Virus record (IMG/VR): IMGVR_UViG_3300033149_005651
Length of the DNA stretch: 64,000 bases
Strand: one strand, 5' to 3'
Source: an uncultured virus (IMG/VR IMGVR_UViG_3300033149_005651)
Taxonomy: Duplodnaviria; Heunggongvirae; Uroviricota; Caudoviricetes
The translations under genes and the position numbers were made by a program. Position 1 is the first letter of the stretch; each line of letters starts with the position of its first letter. A model generated the notes under the pieces. It did no database searches and was not told where the DNA came from. It saw only the letters and a program-made list of their open reading frames with translations. Positions 60,001 to 64,000 of this stretch are shown here, piece by piece.

Positions 60001-63000
60001 AGGCGACTAATAATACTAAGACTCACACTACCGACGCTCTATTATTCGCTGAAGAGACAGAAAATTATACAACAGATGCTTTACTTCAAGCGGTTGATAA
60101 TACCTGGGTTCATACTACCGATACATTACTTCAAGGCAGTGAAGAGACATATCACCTAACAAATGCCCTCTTACAATCCGCCAACAATACTTGGACTCAC
60201 ACAACTGACGCTTTATTATTTGCCGAAGAATCAGAGAGTCATACTACTGATGCACTGCTCCAAGTAATCGACAATTCTAGGGTTCATACTACCGATGCTT
60301 TGCTTCAAGGCGGTGGTGGGATATACCACTTAACAAATGCGTTGCTCCAGGCGGTTGATTACTCTAGGGCTCATACAACAGATGCATTATTACAATCCAT
60401 CGACAATTCTGAAGATCATACAACAGATGCGTTATTATTCGCTGAAGAATCAGAAGATCATACAACCGATGCGTTATTACAAGCAATTAATAATTCTAGG
60501 ACCCACACCACCGATGCTTTGCTTCAAGGTAGTGAGGGGGTATATCACCTAACAAACGCACTCCTACAATCCACCGACAACTCTAAGAATCATACAACAG
60601 ATGCTCTATTATTCGCTAAAGAATCAAAGACTCATACTGCCAATGCTCTGCTACAATCTATCGATAATTCTAAGATCCATACAACTGATGCTTTACTTCA
60701 AGGTGGCGGAGGAATATATCACCTAACAAACGCTCTCTTACAAGCTGAAGAATCAAAGACCCATACTACCGACGCTCTGCTACAATCCACCGATAACACT
60801 TGGGACCATACAACAGACGCTCTATTATTCGCCGAAGAGACAGAAAATCATACAACCGATGCATTACTCCAAGCGATCGACAATTTTAGGATTCACACTA
60901 CTGACGCTCTGCTTCAATCTATCGATAACTCTAGGGTTCACACTACCGATGCGTTACTTCAAGGTGGTGGTGGGATATACCACCTAACAAACGCACTCCT
61001 ACAATCCATCGATAATTCTGAAGATCATACAACAGATGCATTATTATTCGCCGAAGAGGCAGAGAATCATACGACTGACGCATTATTATTCGCCGAAGAG
61101 ACAGAAAATCATACAACCGATGCATTACTCCAAGCGATCGACAATTCTAAGATCCACACTACTGACGCTTTGCTTCAAGGCGGTAGTGGGATATACCACC
61201 TAACAAACGCTCTGCTACAAGCGATTGATAATACTAGGGTTCATACTACCGACGCTCTTCTACAATCCATCGACAATGATAAGAGCCATACAACCGATGC
61301 TTTATTATTCGCTGAAGAATCGGAGAACCACACAACAGACGCTTTGCTTCAAGCGGTCGATAATTCTAGGGATCACACCACCGATGCTTTGCTTCAAGCA
61401 GTTGGCACAAAGACTCATACTACCGATGCGTTACTTCAAGGTAGCGAAGGGATATACCACTTAACAAACGCTCTTCTACAATCCGTCAATAATTCTAAAG
61501 ATCATACAACCGATGCTTTATTATTCGCCGAAGAGTCAGAAGACCATACAACTGATGCTTTATTATTCGCTGAAGAGACAAAAAATCATACAACCGATGC
61601 TCTATTATTCGCTGAAGAGACAAAAAATCATACAACTGATGCCTTGCTTCAAGGTAGCGAAGGAATATATCACTTAACAAACGCTCTTCTACAATCCATC
61701 AATAATTCTGAAGATCATACAACCGATGCTTTATTATTCGCCGAAGAGACAGAGAGCCATACTACTGATGCACTGCTCCAAGCAGTTGATAACTCTAAAA
61801 TTCATACTACCGATGCTTTGCTTCAAGGCGGTGGTGGGATATATCATTTAACAAACGCTCTCTTACAAACGGTTGATAATTCTAGAACTCACACTACCGA
61901 TGCTTTACTACAAGCGGTTAATAATGCTAAGAGCCATACAACTGACGCTCTACTATTCGCTGAAGAATCAGAAAATCATACAACCGATGCATTACTACAG
62001 TCCATTGATAACACCTGGACTCATACAACCGACACTTTGCTTCAAGCGATTGATAACCCTAAGACTCATACTACCGATGCTCTGCTTCAAAGCAGTGAAG
62101 AGGCATATCACCTAACAAATGCTCTCTTACAATCCACCAACAATACTTGGACTCATACAACTGACGCTTTATTATTCGCTGAAGAGACAGAGGACCATAC
62201 GACAGATGCGTTACTCCAAGCGGTCGATAACTCTAAGATTCACACCACCGATGCTTTGCTTCAAGGCGGTGGTGGAATATATCATCTAACAAATGCGTTG
62301 CTACAAGCGATTGATAATACTAGGGCTCACACAACAGATGCATTATTACAATCCATCGATAATTCTGAAGATCATACAACAGATGCGTTATTATTCGCTG
62401 AAGAATCAGAAGATCATACGACTGACGCATTACTGCAAGCAATTAATAATGCTAAGAGCCACACTACCGATGCTTTATTATTCGCTGAAGAATCAAAGAC
62501 TCATACAACTGATGCGTTACTTCAAGCAATTGATAACACCTGGGCTCATACAACAGATGCATTACTCCAATCCATTAATAATACTAAGACTCATACTACC
62601 GATGCTTTGCTTCAAGGTAGCGGTGGGATATACCACCTAACAAACGCTCTTCTACAATCCGTCAATAATGATAAGAGTCATACGACAGATGCTCTATTAT
62701 TCGCTGAAGAGACAAAGAATCACACCACCGATGCATTACTCAAAGCAATTGATAATACTAGGATCCACACCACCGATGCTTTACTTCAAGGCGGTGGTGG
62801 GATATATCATTTAACAAACGCTCTCTTACAAACGGTTGATAATGCTAAGACCCACACTACCGATGCTTTATTACAAGCGGTTAATAATGCTAAGAGCCAT
62901 ACAACAGATGCATTATTATTCGCTGAAGAAACAGAGAATCATACGACTGACGCATTACTGCAAGCAATTAATAACACCTGGACTCACACAACTGACGCTC

Positions 63001-64000
63001 TCTTACAATCCATCGACAATGATAAGAGTCATACAACCGATGCGTTATTATTCGCCGAAGAAACAGAGAATCATACGACTGACGCATTACTGCAAGCAAT
63101 TAATAATGCTAAGAGCCACACTACCGATGCTTTATTATTCGCTGAAGAGACAGAGGATCATACAACAGATGCGTTACTACAAGCTGTCGATAATGCTAGG
63201 AATTATACGACAGATGCGTTATTATTCGCTGAAGAATCGGAGAACCATACAACAGACGCTTTGTTACAAGCGGTCGATAATGCTAAGACTCACACAACAG
63301 ATGCTCTGCTTCAAGGTAGCGGTGGAATACATCACCTAACAAATGCTCTCCTACAAGCCGTCAATAATTCTGAAGATCATACAACTGATGCATTATTATT
63401 CGCCGAAGAGACAAAAAATCACACAACTGATGCATTATTATTCGCCGAAGAATCAGAAGATCACACAACTGATGCTTTGCTTCAAAGTAGTGAAGAGATA
63501 TATCACCTAACAAATGCATTACTGCAAACAGTTGATAATGATAAGAGCCACACAACAGACGCATTATTATTCGCTGAAGAGACAGAAGATCACACTACCG
63601 ACGCACTGCTCCAAGCAGTCGATAACTCTAAGATCCATACAACCGATGCTTTGCTTCAGGGCGGTAGTGGGATATACCACCTAACAAATGCGTTATTACA
63701 ATCCATCGATAACACTAAGATTCACACTACTGACGCTCTCTTACAAGCTGTCGATAATACTAAGACTCATACAACAGATGCTTTATTATTCGCTGAAGAA
63801 TCAAAGACTCATACGACTGACGCATTACTCCAATCCATTGATAATACTAAGACTCATACAACCGATGCTTTATTATTCGCTGAAGAGACAAAGACTCACA
63901 CCACTGATGCATTACTCCAATCCATTGATAATACTAAGAGTCATACAACCGATGCTTTGCTTCGGAGCAGTGAAGAGATATACCACTTAACAAATGCTCT
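57066..64000 (+). CDS. Giant virion/fibre-type protein with HTTDALL repeats (partial, >2300 aa)
   Basis: SD GGAG, ATG at 57066 (MANIRYCFGPWQW...), ETSISDDFNRSD..LGTNW motif; no stop seen before the edge, so absent from the track. Confidence 0.88.
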   Translation, partial: MANIRYCFGPWQWTSIPEGGGYWGPPPDTIGLLDLGSLPEQSQAGSDSILERPAGLFCIPDSVSTPSGYVLLDIGDCRNITAIRRHTDLIESALGIDLSAYKGKKLSELIFEILQAGDPTGEGLWKPLQPTTRGILEVRLGGHSAIHTKKFQWETSSYANKLRDLIRHDLKQTTEIEGHNVARKVLGAYCQKYFGNYKDPRFREFLTPNEADFEPSKPETSISDDFNRSDANTLGTNWTHDGNYEIVSNQAKATSYGGQDHAYYGTALSSADQKMSTVNTGSSGIYVAGAGRMLANTTTRTAYLASWNGSLRLLGKVVSGSFTSLSQNNPATNPTGEKGELTCDGSSISAEYTGVGSYSLGPVTDTAITGNTRAGLWTNNHGFIAQDTFVAEDLPAEVSKTHTTDAKLDDNTETRTHTTDAKLDDGSTEYSKTHTTDALLKTEDTPKTHTTDALLKAEGIKTHTTDTKLQAEGLTRTHTTDALLQSEGLTRTHTTDALLQAEDITKTHTTDALLQAEDITKTHTTDAKLAAGTTEYSKNHTTDALLQVENVPKTHTTDALLTSEGSEDHTTNALLKAEKSKDHITDALLQSANNAWDHTTDALLFAEESKNHTTDALLQSINNSRTHTTDALLFAEETENHTTNALLFAETTKDHTTDALLQGGGGIYHLTNALLQAINSSKTHTTDALLQSTDNSENHTTDTLLFAEESENHTTDALLQAADNVKTHTTDALLQGGGGIYHLTNALLQSINNPKNHTTDALLFAEEAKNHTTDALLFAEETKNHTTDALLQGGGGIYHLTNALLQSVDNTKIYTTDALLQAEESEDHTTDALLQAINNSRTHTTDALLQGGGGIYHLTNALLQSINNPKNHTTDALLFAEESEDHTTDALLFAEESENHTTDALLFAEETEDHTTDALLFAEESENHTTDALLQAVDNARTHTTDALLQGGSGIYHLTNALLQSVNNSRAHTTDALLQATNNTKTHTTDALLFAEETENYTTDALLQAVDNTWVHTTDTLLQGSEETYHLTNALLQSANNTWTHTTDALLFAEESESHTTDALLQVIDNSRVHTTDALLQGGGGIYHLTNALLQAVDYSRAHTTDALLQSIDNSEDHTTDALLFAEESEDHTTDALLQAINNSRTHTTDALLQGSEGVYHLTNALLQSTDNSKNHTTDALLFAKESKTHTANALLQSIDNSKIHTTDALLQGGGGIYHLTNALLQAEESKTHTTDALLQSTDNTWDHTTDALLFAEETENHTTDALLQAIDNFRIHTTDALLQSIDNSRVHTTDALLQGGGGIYHLTNALLQSIDNSEDHTTDALLFAEEAENHTTDALLFAEETENHTTDALLQAIDNSKIHTTDALLQGGSGIYHLTNALLQAIDNTRVHTTDALLQSIDNDKSHTTDALLFAEESENHTTDALLQAVDNSRDHTTDALLQAVGTKTHTTDALLQGSEGIYHLTNALLQSVNNSKDHTTDALLFAEESEDHTTDALLFAEETKNHTTDALLFAEETKNHTTDALLQGSEGIYHLTNALLQSINNSEDHTTDALLFAEETESHTTDALLQAVDNSKIHTTDALLQGGGGIYHLTNALLQTVDNSRTHTTDALLQAVNNAKSHTTDALLFAEESENHTTDALLQSIDNTWTHTTDTLLQAIDNPKTHTTDALLQSSEEAYHLTNALLQSTNNTWTHTTDALLFAEETEDHTTDALLQAVDNSKIHTTDALLQGGGGIYHLTNALLQAIDNTRAHTTDALLQSIDNSEDHTTDALLFAEESEDHTTDALLQAINNAKSHTTDALLFAEESKTHTTDALLQAIDNTWAHTTDALLQSINNTKTHTTDALLQGSGGIYHLTNALLQSVNNDKSHTTDALLFAEETKNHTTDALLKAIDNTRIHTTDALLQGGGGIYHLTNALLQTVDNAKTHTTDALLQAVNNAKSHTTDALLFAEETENHTTDALLQAINNTWTHTTDALLQSIDNDKSHTTDALLFAEETENHTTDALLQAINNAKSHTTDALLFAEETEDHTTDALLQAVDNARNYTTDALLFAEESENHTTDALLQAVDNAKTHTTDALLQGSGGIHHLTNALLQAVNNSEDHTTDALLFAEETKNHTTDALLFAEESEDHTTDALLQSSEEIYHLTNALLQTVDNDKSHTTDALLFAEETEDHTTDALLQAVDNSKIHTTDALLQGGSGIYHLTNALLQSIDNTKIHTTDALLQAVDNTKTHTTDALLFAEESKTHTTDALLQSIDNTKTHTTDALLFAEETKTHTTDALLQSIDNTKSHTTDALLRSSEEIYHLTNA
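58268..64000 (+). repeat. Coding tandem repeat, 42/45-bp units, roughly 130 copies
   Basis: CAYACNACNGAYGCNYTNYTN recurs every 42-45 bp. Confidence 0.95.

Noticed and set aside
58780..63990. Many short track ORFs (MHYYS.../MLYY...)
   Set aside because: Alternative-frame or antisense shadows of the single repeat CDS starting at 57066.
1..64000. Stop-codon reassignment
   Set aside because: Genes tile densely under the standard code with TAA, TAG and TGA all used as stops; no clean suppressor tRNA.

Overview
This 64 kb window looks like part of a large (jumbo-type) lytic phage genome, with hints of a T4-like (gp23-type) capsid lineage. It has dense minus-strand operons of small hypothetical genes and scattered accessory genes (TraR/DksA, DUF3228, DMP19, DUF3431, MoxR-type AAA plus DUF2201-vWA, GroES, SAM methyltransferase, ParB-like, S1, WGR, RmlD-like, PNK-type kinase, HAD, two LamG). 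It also has a cluster of 12 tRNA or tRNA-like genes and a >2300-aa HTTDALL-repeat virion-type protein that runs off the right edge and is missing from the ORF track. Main observations: (1) A tandem array of translationally coupled mini-genes (1-3375) has near-constant ends and hypervariable cores, includes an 'empty' cassette, and shares its C-terminal DP motif with about 25 dispersed genes. (2) A non-coding region (40480-40790) holds three covarying kink-turn-like hairpins. (3) Structured non-tRNA spacers and several non-canonical tRNAs sit inside the tRNA operon. (4) Two promoter-like motifs recur (TTAAC-N13/14-YTGYAAYA, 19 copies; CAAA(A/G)ATA), the second tied to proteins with a shared N-terminal MKLxxIxE tag. 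(5) One gene appears to start at AUU. All family calls are by motif recognition, not database search; the host cannot be determined.
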